Assembly: GCA_000320545.1 (NCBI GenBank)
Contig: ADNK01003479.1
Location: forward strand, 1-64,000
Source: Bigelowiella natans CCMP2755
Taxonomy: Eukaryota > Protista > Cercozoa
Direction of reading: 5' to 3'
Length of the DNA stretch: 64,000 bases
Shown: piece by piece, positions 41,624 to 55,849 of the stretch
How the letters are laid out: the number at the start of each line of letters is the position of its first letter
Position numbering within the stretch: the first letter of the stretch is position 1
Program-made: the position numbers and the translations under genes
The notes under the pieces: generated by a model
The model's input: only the letters and a program-made list of their open reading frames with translations
The model's database searches: none
What the model was told of the DNA's origin: nothing

Positions 41624-42311
41624 ATAATATGTTGTAACATCATCAGAGAAATTGCGGGAATGGTTGATGGGGTGGGTGGAGCAATATGAATACGATGAAC
41701 AGCAGGACTATCATCATCGGACTACTAACCATCCTGGAGGAATCAAGAGAAAAACAACAAAAACAACAACAACAACCACAACTGCTGCTGCTGCTGCTGC
41801 TGCTGCTGTAACGACGACGAGGACACATAATAATAATATTGATAATGGACCACGAAGGAGAAAAAGAAACTTCTTCCCTGCTGCTGGCTCAAAATTCAAC
41901 GCTGTTTTACTTTCGGTAGTATTTATATAATTATCGATAATGATTATTATTATAATAATAATAATAATAATAACAATGTGTTACTACTTTCGGTAGTACA
42001 ATTTATATCATTATCGATAATAATGATAATAATAATAATAAAGTAATAATTACGTGTTACTTTCGGTAGTACAATTTATATCATTTATTCCAATGTTTTC
42101 TACGTTAGTTATTATTATTCTTTTAATAATATGATAGATAATCGATAATAATGTGATGATGAATGACAACAACAACAACAATAACCAATTATGTGATTAT
42201 AGGGTAGACCTGGCATCGGAAAGACATGTATGGCTCATTTAATTCCAAAAGAACTTGGGTAGTGAAATATGTATTATTATCATTATTATTATTATTATTA
42301 TTATTTCTCCC

Positions 42312-42385
<74 letters not shown>

Positions 42386-42973
42386 TACGCACACATTATA
42401 TATAATATACATGCACATCCCTGTTCCCAAACTGGTACTCCTCATTTGTATTTTGTATATATAGATTCTATTGCTACGAAATCAATGCTTCCGATGAAAG
42501 GACAAAGGCAGCATCAATCATCACTCTTCATCGCTATAAGAATAATAATAATTAATAATAATAATAATAATAGGCTTTTTCGTCGTCCATATCTGTATTT
42601 ATTAGTCCTTCTTTTTTTTCTCAATCAATATTGTCATCTTTTATCACAGTCATGTCATCAGCACAGTGATGATTGATTATACTGACCTTTTAGGAGAAGC
42701 TGAAGAGGTATCTAAGTGAGGCAACACAGACGTCTTCGATTTCTTCTGATAAGATAGGACGAAAGTACTGCTCTACTACTACAACATCTACAACAACTAC
42801 TACTACTACTACTACTACTACTACACAGTAGCAGCTACCACCACCACCACCATTATAATAACAACAACAATTATTACTACTACTACTATGAATGATAATG
42901 ATGCTAACGTATAGAATTATTTGCTATCATGCTTCATTCTATACTCGGCATGGGTATTAGTCACAAGAACACA

Positions 42974-43039
<66 letters not shown>

Positions 43040-43290
43040 GTTGATTGCTCATATGTGTTTGTTCCTCCTAATATTAGAGAGAAGAAGGTGTGTGTTGTGA
43101 TAGATGAATTTGATAGAATGCACTTGTGCTTGTCGTACACTCTTTATCCAATGTTACATACATAAATAAATACTACTCCTTTAAGATTGGAGAGGAGGTG
43201 TGTTCTTATGGATGAAGTTGATGGAATGCACGGCTCTGAAGCTTCGGGAGGCATGAACTTTTTGATCCAAACGATAAAGGTGTGTAGTAC

Positions 43291-43326
<36 letters not shown>

Positions 43327-43476
43327 TCATCATCATCATCATTGACATCATGTACTAAGCAGACACATACGACGACTATGTGAATAACTAACTACTACTA
43401 ATAATACTACTATACTTTCTTTAGACATCTAAGATTCCCTTCATATGCACATGCAACGAGAGGGATATGGACAAGG

Positions 43477-43514
<38 letters not shown>

Positions 43515-43763
43515 TTTTCTACTATCCTCTATTACTATTAGAGTAGTATATATCAATCTACATATCAACAGTGTTGTGTTATCATATTACATCACAGATC
43601 ACATCGGTATTATTATTATTATTATTTTCTATTCTCCTTCCTTAGATTAAAGGATTAGCTCGTGTTTGCTACGACATTCCTTTACGAAACCCACACCAGA
43701 TACAAATAGCAGCCAGGTGTGTGTAAGTAGTATTTGTTTCGCACTAGTAGTAGCAGTTGTAGT

Positions 43764-43795
<32 letters not shown>

Positions 43796-44709
43796 AGGCG
43801 ATTGGTTGTCTATCTGCTTCCATACACTACTTGTTACAATTCCATCATCATCAGCATCATCACATTATAAATAGGTAGAAAGTAAGTAGTAGAGGTAGTT
43901 AAAAATGAATGATTCATTCATTGGTCTTCCTTCAGACCCCCCCCATTTAATTTTCATCATATAATGATTCCTTTTTGTTAATTGATGAGAGTATAGAATA
44001 ACACCTATATTTCTTCATCAACCAACCAACCAGTCAATTAATCAATTAGCACAATCAGCAGTTGAAAACACTACTTATAAGTGCGGCTCATGTATGTAAT
44101 AGTAAAATGAAATAAATATTGATAATGATATCGATGATCGTTTATTTTTGAATCTGCCTCCCCCCCCTCCCTCCCTTCTTTTCTTTTCTCTTTTATGCTG
44201 TCAAGGTTACTGGAAATTGCTTCATTAGAAGGCCTCAGCATTACCAAAGATGTAATACGTAAGCAATGTAGTAGCTACTACTACTAATTCTACTACTACT
44301 ACTACAAGTCTCTCGTTGGTTACAGTGGTGATGATGCTAAAACTGTTCCGAGTTACTACCTCTCACTCCCCCCCCCCCCTGCCCCCCTCTCCACTGAAAA
44401 TAACATGTAACAAGACATAGAGTATGTACTAAATTGAATCGTGATATATGTAGGTAGAAATACCTTGCTATTTGAATAATCAATACTACAGCGACTAAGA
44501 TACATACCTATGCGATTGTATATGTTTGTACTGTTCATATATTATTTATTATTGAACTGTTGTGCTTCCTACCCCCCCCCCCCTATTCGCGACTAAGGCT
44601 GCTGAAACTCTCGCGGATCGCTCAGGGTATCAATAAATACAGATAATCACCATCATCAGCAACAGCGTCATAAATAATGACATCATTCTCTCTCTCTTCC
44701 TCCTCCCCC

Positions 44710-44753
<44 letters not shown>

Positions 44754-44917
44754 TTTTCCTTATCATCTCTTTAATTAAAAACACACACACACGCACACAC
44801 CCCGCACGTATATACATTTACTGTGCTACCTGACGATCATACAGATGCGACATTAGAGGCTCTATCAACTACTTGCAAAGCCTTGACGTACATAAACAGT
44901 GACTTTCAAAATAAATA

Positions 44918-44958
<41 letters not shown>

Positions 44959-45323
44959 TATACATGTGTGTTTATTTGTTTATGTGTTTATTTGTTTATG
45001 TGTTTATGTGTTTATGTGCTTATGTGTGTAGATTAAAATTCTTGTCCACAATCATTACTATATTTTCTTTTATCAAGGGTCTGCAAGGACTGTTCATTAA
45101 TGCGTCATTTATTCACGAATACATGGGGGAAATTGAGGAGGTACAAAAAAAACTATATTTTATACAGTTGTCGCATAGATGCACATGTATTTATATAATT
45201 AAGAAAATTTAGTAGAATGCACAACCAACAATTGTATATGTTTTAGAAAAACTTGTATGTAAACAATATTTAGGTACCTCTTTTTTTGAATTAAATGCAA
45301 ATACATGTGACTGTCATTCTTTG

Positions 45324-45357
<34 letters not shown>

Positions 45358-46697
45358 CGTAAAAATACACATGTACGTTTATACATAAATATCATGCGTA
45401 ACTTTTGTGTATTTGCATGTGTGTTTTAAATTGTGCATGATCTGGTACAATAGTTCGCCAAATTGAAAATATGTGGACAAAATAATGTACACATGTGCAT
45501 ATATAACTACATTTATGTAAAATATTTGTTGTATTCGGGCAATAATTATCTTTCAGGATACACTCGTGCAATTAAACAAGTACGATGCCTTAGATAGGAT
45601 ATTTCTTGGAGAAAAATCCAATCTTACGTGGGAAAAGAGGTTATGTGACAGTAATCCGTAAAGTAAATATAATACCTTCTCCCTTGTGGTAACATAGGGG
45701 AAATGATGATATTAAGTATTATATTACCCGGTTGATAATTACAGAATGAGTGTTCGTTCTCAGATCTAAATTGGTAGAATTTAATTGGGAGGATCTCGCA
45801 GATTTGGCGATTGAAAACTATGAGAAGGTGCATATAGCACTATCAATTGTGCGTTACGTTGGTTTTCATTTTTTGTATTAATTATGTAAAATTGTCATCG
45901 CCAGGCTATAAACGAGGATGAAAGCCGAAATTCCTCCGAAAAGTCGTAGTAGTAGTAGTAATAGTAGTAGTTAGTAGCTACATGCAGTTATAATTTGAGA
46001 GTATTTAAATGGTTGGTGTTATTCCTAGTTGTAGCAGCTAATAAAACTAGTTGCATTGATGTTGATTTATGCAGGAGATCTGCAAAAATTCGTTGTGAGA
46101 ATTTTGCAAAGGAGATTCTTATTTACAAGGTAAATTACTCAAGTCATTAAAATCGTCATCTAATTAATCATGCCAAAATTTATATCATCGAACTTATTTT
46201 TTTGCAAGTGTCCATCATTCTTTGATTTACAACCTTCCTAAAACTTCCACTTATTTATATTTTGGTCAAAATTTAAAATTACTGTTTTCAGGAGGCAGTT
46301 TATCATCCATCCTATGAATTGGAACCTTTCCATGGTCGTAAGTTATTTGAAATACCAGTAGTAATATAAGAGAGGCAGGGGGTATGCAATAACGTAGTGA
46401 GTATGTAAACAACGACAACAAAGTATAACTGATTGTGATTTGATGTATTATATCCAGTTTCAATCACTACCTTATTTTTTATCATATGTAGGTCAATATC
46501 CACACGTTTTGAATAGGCCCCTTTCCAGCGAAAGAGATTACAGGTATCTGGCCTGGCGTGATAACAATTCAATAAATCTTATTGTTCTTCCTTGTAATAT
46601 TTTTGTCGATTTCTCTGTATCTTACATCCTTTTCAAGTTATGTAGCTCACATCTGCAGATTAGTTGTCGCTCTTGGAGCTGTTGTAGGTACATTGCA

Positions 46698-46743
<46 letters not shown>

Positions 46744-46793
46744 CAAATTATGTGCCATTATTATGTATATTAGCACGTTTGCATTGTAAAGTA

Positions 46794-46867
<74 letters not shown>

Positions 46868-48099
46868 TGTGCTTACCTGTGCCTGTAGATGTAATATTCA
46901 TATCTTTTGTTTCCCGAATGTGTTATTTTGGAATCAGCTGCGCCCGTTAAGTTTGCAAGCAAACCAAAGTTGCCAATTATTGTTACTGGAATCCAAAGGT
47001 TGTATATACCTGCACTGATTATTGTGTTGGGGAAGAAATATTTCCATTTGAAGATTCTTTCTATTTCTATAGCGAATTCTGGGCGTTACATATTGTTGCT
47101 TGGGATATTTAATTGCATAATGAACATTTTTTACAGAGCCCAAATGATCCTTAATATTGGCATCCTTATCACCATTATTATCTTTCTTGATCATAATTAC
47201 ATGAATTTTCTCCATTGTATTTATGAGCAGAAAACACGCAATGCTGATGGAATTGAATGAAAGGTTATTGCAATAATGTCTGATTCAAATTATCCTCAGT
47301 CGCTTCTTGTAACATCGTTGGATTTTATATCAATAAATATTAAAGTGAATATATAAGTGAGATAGCTCATCGGATAATTAAATAGAATAATTTAAGAGTA
47401 GTAACATCGTTTTTGACAACCAGTAGATATTCATCTATTATAAAAATACGCATTACCCGTTATCCATACTCACTTTAGTCAATCATTAGATTATCTCCTT
47501 CTCGATTTTTGACAAGGAACATGCTGCAAGGTGCTGATCCTTGCATTATAAATACTATAAATGCATGTGGCACTCACCTTCGCATTTACACTGTAATTTT
47601 TGTTGATACATTAAATTTTACTTATTTTAGATCACAAAATGTACAATTTTATCGGAAACCACAAATTGGCTTACCCATATGAATTATTACATTATCAGAA
47701 AATCATGGCAACAGCTCTTCAAATATCATTGACGATATCATTGACTACTGCAATCCTACAGATGTAAATCTATCGCTTTAACTGCATCGTATATAGTACA
47801 TATTGTCTTCGAAGAACAGATGAAGTAATTCTAAATTGAAATCTTTATAGAATAAACGTAAGAGGTATTTTACAAGAGAGAATTAGGATGGACTAGGAAA
47901 TTTGCACAATCCCGCTTCATTTCCTTATTGGATTTACTGTATCCTTGATTAATAGCCCTTACACTTCTTTATGCATTTATAAATCACAAATACACAAACT
48001 AAATAGGATATCGAATATTTGCATCTGGTTTTACTCCCAAAGTGAGTGAAAGTTGTCTCACTTAATCATCAAAGGACAGAAATTAGGGATGAAAATAAG

Positions 48100-48141
<42 letters not shown>

Positions 48142-48380
48142 TCGGATAAGCTCCTGTAACTTTTTAAATATATTTAGATTACGCGACCGGCTACTGGAAC
48201 CGCTTTTAATGGAAGAACCTGATGGTGCTAAAAAGGTGGGGACAATTAGTGGCCATTTATCTTAGATCTGTTATTTGTATTATAACTTAAGAACTTAGGA
48301 GAATTTTGCACAACTGAGTGCACTTAATATGCAATATTGTAGCTGCATGCACCCACATGATGCATTCCTGTACATCCGTG

Positions 48381-48424
<44 letters not shown>

Positions 48425-48564
48425 CATTTGACAACGTTCTACCTAAATCAGGTGGCGGCAGAGCTTTGGAATCTCAATCTGGAACCTAGACATCTCTGGG
48501 TGATTACTTCATAATAGGAATCAATTGATTATCGTAAAATTCCTTGCGATTTCGTTCTTTTTAA

Positions 48565-48613
<49 letters not shown>

Positions 48614-49631
48614 TCTGTGCGAAATGCACTGCGTATTGTTTTAGGTACACATGAAGCTACTGCAACTGAGAGTGCAAGATCTACCAACAAATGAAGAGTA
48701 TGGTTGATTAGTAAAAGAAAGATGAAGCTTAAATCTGATTTTGTTTTACTTCCAAAAAATGTGGATATAAAATATTAATATGTAAAAGGCATATGATTTT
48801 AATATTATGGCCGAAATAGTATTACCTGCTTAGAATTATCAGTAAAATTCTCAGAAATAAGTATTGTGTTCTGTTTTTTCCTATTCAACGATTAGATTTA
48901 TAGAAGTAAATGGAGATAATCATGCATCTCAAATTGAAAGTGTGCTGGAGTCATTTAAAAAAATGCACCCAGACGAGGATTTGTACGATTTAGTTACTAA
49001 CGAGGTAATCGAATGAACAATACACATATGTGGCTCTTCAATCCAATTGTTTTGTATTGACACAAGTAGATTAGACATTAATTCAGGAAATTCTGGTCAA
49101 CTTGTTAAACATTATATCTACTACATGGTTGCAGATGAAAGCAAAGCTGATCTATGAGTATAAGTCCCTGAAAGCTGGATATTGCAAAACAAAAGACCCA
49201 AGCATTTTTGAGAATGATGGGATAAAGAACAAGGCAATGCTGTTGATATTGGGGATTTATAAAAAAACATACATACAAACATATTATATTAAATATATGT
49301 ATGTATTTACGCACATATATGTGTAAATTGATGATTCGCATAAGTTGTACTATTTTGCGCGAAACTCACAGTCTTTCTTGACGATTTGTCTGTTTATCTT
49401 TTTCATTGTGATGAATAATGATAGGTAATATATTTACGCAAAAACAATGGGTCAGTCAAAGGCCAATTGAAAAATGACTTGACATGCGAATCTCCTCGGA
49501 AAACAAGAAAAAGCGGGGGGAAGCGTGAAGAAATGAAAAATGCCATGAATGATCTGAAAAAAATGACAGCTGAAGATGTGATTGTTGAGGACTACAACAA
49601 CGATGAAGGAATAGTCACGAGTGATGGTTGA
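40261..49631 (+). CDS. RFC1: Replication factor C large-subunit-like AAA+ clamp loader (RFC1-like)
   Basis: Exons: LWVDKH; AVLLS|GRPGIGKT (Walker A); YEINASDERTK; LLMDEVDGM (Walker B); SKIPFICTCNER; SGCDIRGSINYLQ; LAIENY; LRDRLLEPLLMEEPDG (RFC1 C-terminal-like); last exon ends VTSDG* at 49631. Start position is uncertain. Confidence 0.8.
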
Positions 49632-50560
49632 TGCTGCACGTTGCTTAGCACTACACAGTGATGCCACCTAATTTGAAGAGCATCAATTGAGAGGGAGACA
49701 CCTCTGCATTTGACACAACGAAGTACAACTCACAATCCAGCATGTGTGTTGAATGCATACCGTGCACATGCACAGCGCCGCAGAGGTAGTGCATTCATTC
49801 CACAGCTCCGTCAAACCCTGCAACGACGGGGTTGTGAACGCTTTGAAGCAGCAGGCAGTTGCAGTTGGTCAAAGAAAAGTCATCAGAACTTGTCCGATGG
49901 CCAAACCTCAAAAATGACCGAAATGTTGACCAAAATGTCCACTTTCAAGGCTCAGTGATGAGCGCGCAAAGTGTGAAAATTCACACCCGTTGTGCAGAGG
50001 ATGCACGCTGCGCGTTTGTTCTTTGCCACATTTTGAATGCTTTTGCGCGTGTGTTTGACCAATCTTCACATGCACGAAAAATTTCAAAGAAATGCGAGCA
50101 GATCCAATGTTCATTGCATCACGCAACGCGCTTGGTCGCGCGCAAAAGCTTCCAAATGCACATTCTGAAATTTGTCACAGGTTTGACGGAGCTGTGATCA
50201 TTCCGAATCGAACAAGTCGACGAGCACACAAACTTTGGCACACAACAGCTAGCTAGTAGAATGACAGCTGTCGAATTTCTTTGCCACGATCAATGATGCA
50301 TGCCACATGAGTGGAGCTTCATGCGCACGTTCAAATGAAACGCGGGTTTTCTGTGAAACAAGTCGTTTCGTCTGAAACAACGTGCAGTCAGCAACAGCGC
50401 TCTTCAGACTCATGCATGACGACCACACGCGCAGCAAATGTGTGCGAACAATGAGCCATGTCATCTGCTCAACAAACGAATGTGTTGTTTAGTAATTGAT
50501 CTCGCTGCATGTGGAGGCAACATCACCCAAATGGCTCGTGTGTGCGTATGCGATGCAGCA
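49470..50560. other. TpA-depleted island centred on the MITE
   Basis: No TA inside the MITE. From 50195 to about 50488 the only TAs are in AGCTAGCTAGTAG. Confidence 0.92.
49803..50194. mobile_element. Non-autonomous Tc1/mariner-like MITE (392 bp), TpA-free
   Basis: Perfect 15-bp terminal inverted repeats CAGCTCCGTCAAACC (49803) / GGTTTGACGGAGCTG (to 50194). Flanked by CA and TG where a TA target-site duplication is expected. Confidence 0.85.
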
Positions 50561-51070
50561 ACATTCTATCAATCTGACATGCATTTATAAGCAAACGAGG
50601 TATTTCTTTTGGTACATGTACGACGGGTGTTGTTATGCAACACATACAATCAAAACATGCGTAAATACTGATTACACATCCCACCAGATTGATGATAAGG
50701 GCCACTACATCGACAATCAACAAGAAATAATCTATCTAATGTAAACCTCGACACAACAAAATGCTTTGATTATCTACCTAATTAAGCTGGGAAAATACAT
50801 ATATTCTTGCTGTGCGCAGTCCATATGCAGTTCGTGCAAATTCAAATTATTTCCGGGTAACTTCGAATTAAATTAGCTTAAAATAATTAGGTTGGGAAAT
50901 ACCTTATGATGAATCGGAGGTGTTTAATGTAACAAATATGAGCAGCTCTGTCAACCAAGATAAACAAACGAAGCTCCAAACAGGAAAATGCTGCTTTACG
51001 GGATATAATATGTTTTTTATGACAAAATATGTCAGCTTGTGTACTACATATTCGCTATTGGTTTCACAGT

Positions 51071-53442
51071 CTAACTGTAAAGCCAAAAAGGTTTCTCTTT
51101 TGCTTGTAATTGACGTTTGTGCTTCTCACGCTCTTTGATTTGCTCATCTAACATCTGAGTGTAGAGTTAGAAATAGTAGTTAGCATAAATCGGATATAAT
51201 TAGAAATTTTAAATTTCGAATCTGACGCTCAAGAAGGAAAATAAACTACATATATGGTTCCACCTTTCGATAACTTAGCTGTGACTCTTTCTTCTGTTTC
51301 ATCTTCTTCGCTTCATCAATCTTCAACTGCTCGGTCACCTTTTTCAGGTGCTCCTTAATATGTACATGCTCAGCCTTTTTCTAACGAAGGATAGATGGTT
51401 GTAAACAGGAAAAATCAATTATTAGCTTCGATCCTTTATGACAATTAGCGTTGGTTGTTGTTGCGTGCCGTGCTGTATATGTACAACTTTGAATGTACAA
51501 CCTTTTCTTTTATCTTCTCTTTTTCTTTGCACTGTTTATTCAGAAACTTGAGATTCTCAACAGCAGCCTTCCTTGCACGTTCTTTCTTATTTTTTTCTAA
51601 TTTAATAAATGTATTAAGAAAAGAAATCGTGCAACGACATTCTCTACTTTGAACAAATAAAATAAAAGCAACCTCTTCTTTCAGCTTCTGCTTCTTTTTG
51701 TGCTCTAATTTTGTCAACAGTCTTCAGGAATGCCTCGTCTCTTTTCGTTGCTGCCTGAAGAAGTCACATGAAATTTGAAAAAACATTGATCTACACACCA
51801 TGTGTTACTACGTAAGACCTTGTAATGGGTAAGTGATTTATTCCGAAGTTTTTTTTGCTTATCTTCATAAGCTTTAAACTCGGCTGCTCTCTTCTTTTCC
51901 TTTGCCTAAGTTTTATGTGAAAACAAGATCAGTAAAAACGGTAAAATATGAAGAAAATGGCCTTATCGTATTATTTCAGGACTCATAAAACGCTAACGAC
52001 TAAGTACCATACACTACTACCGCTATGACCAAAACACTAGAACACTGTCCTACCTCGAGAAGAGCTGCATACTGCTTTTCACGCTCAAGCTCCTCTTGAG
52101 CTTCCCTCGCTTTGATTTTCTAGAGTATGCATGCATACGTGGAAATCAGAATAATAGCTACCACCTCACAACTTCCAACACAAACCGCATACAAAATTAG
52201 ATTTCCTCAATAGTATATCTCCCTCTTCTGACCTCCTTTTCCAAACGACGTTTCTCGTTGTCTGCCATCACTTTTGCAAACAGTTTCTTCCGATTCGCTT
52301 TGGCCTTTAATTCATCCAATCAATACCAAAGTAGTACATCGTACATCATGTGTATCATAGAATGAGGCAAAGGGAAAGTAATCCATATTAGAGCAACCCG
52401 CGTGTGGTTTGTGTTTGCTACATGCATTTCCACCTTACCTTCACAATTTTCGCTTTTTCTGCTTCTTCATGTAATCGAAATTCTTCCAGAAGTCTACGCT
52501 CGTACTCAGCCTACATAAAAAAAAATAGAAGAAAAAGAAAACACGTTTCAAGAAAATCCCATAACGCGAAACTAGATCAGAAGGAAATAGTCGTTTACAT
52601 TTATGAATACCTTTTCTCGTAGCATTTGTTGTCTCTTGATTTCACGCTCCTATTACGTGTGGATGATAAGCTTTTTCCAATAAAATAGTGTGTAATATTT
52701 CTTTTTATCGATGGTTTGAAAGAAAGAGCAAGAACAACCTTCAGTTGAACTTCACGATCCTTCTTTAGCTTTTCGATTCTCTCTCTTTTCTTCTTTATTT
52801 TTTCAGCTTCCTCAATTTTCCACTTTTCCAATACTTTTTTCTCTGCCTCAGCATATTTTACCTTCGAATAGATTCAAATGATTCGGGTGTCTATCTGGGT
52901 GACCAATTTGTATTTGTATCCATAGTTGGTAAGAACATATGGCGCGCCCGACACACACACGGACACATTCAGAACTAACTGTCCACAGAAGATACATAGA
53001 GCACTACAAAGTGCCATAGTAACGGAAAGTTTGGCATCACTATCAAATCCGAGCGCGAAATGATAGGATGGGGTATCATCATAGGTGCAGCTGCTACCTT
53101 TTCCAAAAGCTCTCTCTGTTTCATACTTTCACGTATATGCATCTGTTCCTTCAAAGACTTTTGAGAATCCTTTTGAACAAAATAAGCTCTGATGATGACT
53201 TCCTAGTTCGTTCGTGGAGCATAGAGTTACTACCATGAGGTTTTTCCTATAAACTTTTTTCTTGGAATGCTCTTTCTCCAAGAGGATGTCTGTAATGGTC
53301 TTCGCTGGTTTGCGGCCAACAAACGATACTCCAGAGGGATTCTTCCCTTTTGAACTGAAGTAACCCCATCCCATAATATTAAATAATGGGATCTTTATTT
53401 GTACTTAAAGTAAAAAAACTTTGTGATGATGTACCTCGACAT
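51071..53442 (-). CDS. E/K/R-rich coiled-coil protein (possibly cilia-associated, trichohyalin-plectin-homology-like)
   Basis: Short exons such as KWKIEEAEKIKKKRERIEKLKKDREVQLK, AREAQEELEREKQYAALLE and MLDEQIKEREK...KPFWLYS*. The family call rests on composition only. Confidence 0.65.
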
Positions 53443-53892
53443 TGCAGTCTTTCTCTTCCTCTTATCGCACACAATTGACTTTGAATAAAATTTTTGTTTT
53501 CGCTCTCGGTTGAGTTAAGCAATGTAGGATGGGATACTCAGCAGATACGTAACAGCCTATCCTAAAGCAATGTAAATGAATCTGTCTTCCCTGTACTAGA
53601 GGGGAGTCGAGTTTTCTGTCCGTTTAAGCAGCAGGGGTTCCCTTGGCCGTTACAACAAAGCAGTCATATCCGATGCCATTGTCGTACACTAAAGATCTAT
53701 TGCATTTTATTATATTACCGTCACTGACGATAATCCCGTCTTTACTCCTAAAGCCGTTTCTACCATCTGCATAATGTCTCTACGACAATAATAAAAGCTG
53801 ATATAAGCTACGATTTGGAGGCTATTTGGTATAATTTTAGGGTAAAATTCCCTGTGTTTTTTTTGGAAACGACAGATAATGCAGGAAACGGG

Positions 53893-53931
<39 letters not shown>

Positions 53932-54224
53932 TTGTGTGTAAATCGAACGATGATTCGTAAAATCTGGGAGGAGTAGTGAGTAGCAGTGCCTTCATCAGTC
54001 ATCTTCTTCCTGTTTACTACTTTTGTCCTTCTTCCTCATCCTCCTTCTGATTGCGGCGGTGGTAACAATCGAAGCTTACTTATACTATTAGGCGAAGAAG
54101 GATACAACTAGTACAAGGAAAAGAAGTTAGCAGCCAAATTTATAACAATTCTAGTTAGAAAGAGTGTTTCTGTCTATCTGCTATAGGATTTTGGTATTTA
54201 GACAGTTGATTATTGTTTTATTTT

Positions 54225-55493
54225 ATGATGGCCGATCGTAAACACTCGCCGCCTTCTCTAATTTCTGAAACGAAAGTAAAGCAAACACAGCATGCAAGGA
54301 GGAAACGAACGACACAGTTGAAGCACGAACCTGTATCATTATCTGAATTCACCAAGGATCTTAAAGCAGCAATTTTGGATAAAAAACTCACCCCAAGCAC
54401 CATGATTATCGAAAGTATCAATAATCCATTTGGGAGAACCCTTACCGTTGAGATGCATGCAAAACAATCTCCCGTAGAACAAGCGAAAGTGGTTCCAAAT
54501 GATCAGTTGGAAGTGTTTATCAAGCTCATTGCCAAAAAGTATCCAAATGCATTCAGAGAAATTCATTTGACACATCATGATATCAACGATACGATTGCAA
54601 GAGAAATCTCTGCGTTGTTAATTCGGAGCCAAAGCTTAGAAGATCTCTCACTGAACGGTAATTCAATATGCAGACAAGGATGCAACAGTTTCACACAGAC
54701 GCTAGTGTCTACAGGCGGTGGAGTACTTAAATCTCTTTCTTTAAGAGATAACCCAATAGGAGATGACGCCATTAAGTCTCTAGCCGCATTTCTAGCCACA
54801 GATCCCGTTTTGGAATCAATAGATCTCGGAAACGTCGAAGCTGATGTGGTGGCTCTCGTTCACTTGGCCCATTCTTTGGAAACGAACACTAATTTACATG
54901 TTCTTAACATCGATAGACCCAAAAAATCAGATAAAAATGACGAGGAGTCATCAATTCACCTAGCAAAAGCTCTTCGGTGTAATTCCAGTCTCCACACACT
55001 ATCTCTATCTAAACATTGCATGCGCGAATACGGAACTATGTGGTTAATGGAGTACATTACAGACTGGAATCAAAGCATTACGTCCCTCGATCTCAGTAGC
55101 AATGAAATTCCTGCTGATGGAGCCAAGTACATCGCTAAAATGCTCTCAAATCCGAAATGCAATATCACGAACCTCAATTTATCCTCAAATAGAATTACAA
55201 GTGAAGGTGCTGAAGCCCTTGCGAAGTCATTGGAGGCGAATAGCTCTCTTGTTACTTTAGATCTATCATATGCTACGATTACGGACGACGGTTTAGTGGC
55301 ATTGTGCGATGCATTCTCTTCAAACAAGACTCTTCGAACGCTTTTGCTATCTGGTAATAAGTTCGGGCTTAAAGCAAGGAAATCTTGGCAAGAACGCTTG
55401 GGCTGGCCTGTCAAAGAAGGTGGAATCGATGGATCGTGTACACTTAACATTGACACATTGGATTTTATTCCACTTATTGCTCCACCATTTTGA
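54225..55493 (+). CDS. Ribonuclease-inhibitor-type LRR protein, LRRC34-like; intronless
   Basis: Single 422-residue ORF with RI-like repeats (LEDLSLNGNSI, LKSLSLRDNPIGDD, ITSLDLSSNEI, ITNLNLSSNRI) and an LRRC34-like HLAKALRCNSSLHTLSLSKH segment. Confidence 0.9.
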   Translation: MMADRKHSPPSLISETKVKQTQHARRKRTTQLKHEPVSLSEFTKDLKAAILDKKLTPSTMIIESINNPFGRTLTVEMHAKQSPVEQAKVVPNDQLEVFIKLIAKKYPNAFREIHLTHHDINDTIAREISALLIRSQSLEDLSLNGNSICRQGCNSFTQTLVSTGGGVLKSLSLRDNPIGDDAIKSLAAFLATDPVLESIDLGNVEADVVALVHLAHSLETNTNLHVLNIDRPKKSDKNDEESSIHLAKALRCNSSLHTLSLSKHCMREYGTMWLMEYITDWNQSITSLDLSSNEIPADGAKYIAKMLSNPKCNITNLNLSSNRITSEGAEALAKSLEANSSLVTLDLSYATITDDGLVALCDAFSSNKTLRTLLLSGNKFGLKARKSWQERLGWPVKEGGIDGSCTLNIDTLDFIPLIAPPF

Positions 55494-55849
55494 TCCTCTG
55501 AGCAGTAGAGTATCCGACAGCAAATCGTCTCAGTTCGGCAGCGTTTATGTCATTGACCCAGATAGATTCCACATAATTTATTAGATGTTGCATAAAAGCC
55601 TAACTGATTCATTTCAGATTCATTTCAAACCTAATTATGAACGTCTCAATAGCTTTACTGCTGGAATCTTCGCATCCTCTGCTGCATTACATTGCTGTAG
55701 TGTAATGCCCATTAAAGCTAGCATGTATGAGACGGATGTAATGAAATGTTTGAATACTTTCAATGGTCATCCTAATACAGCTATGCAAAGCAGCGGCTAC
55801 AGCGCTCATGTTACATCCATTTTTCTCCGCTATCACGTGTTTCATACAT

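Noticed and set aside
53520-54002. Small minus-strand gene between the coiled-coil and LRR genes
   Set aside because: Exon-like pieces are present but give no convincing product.
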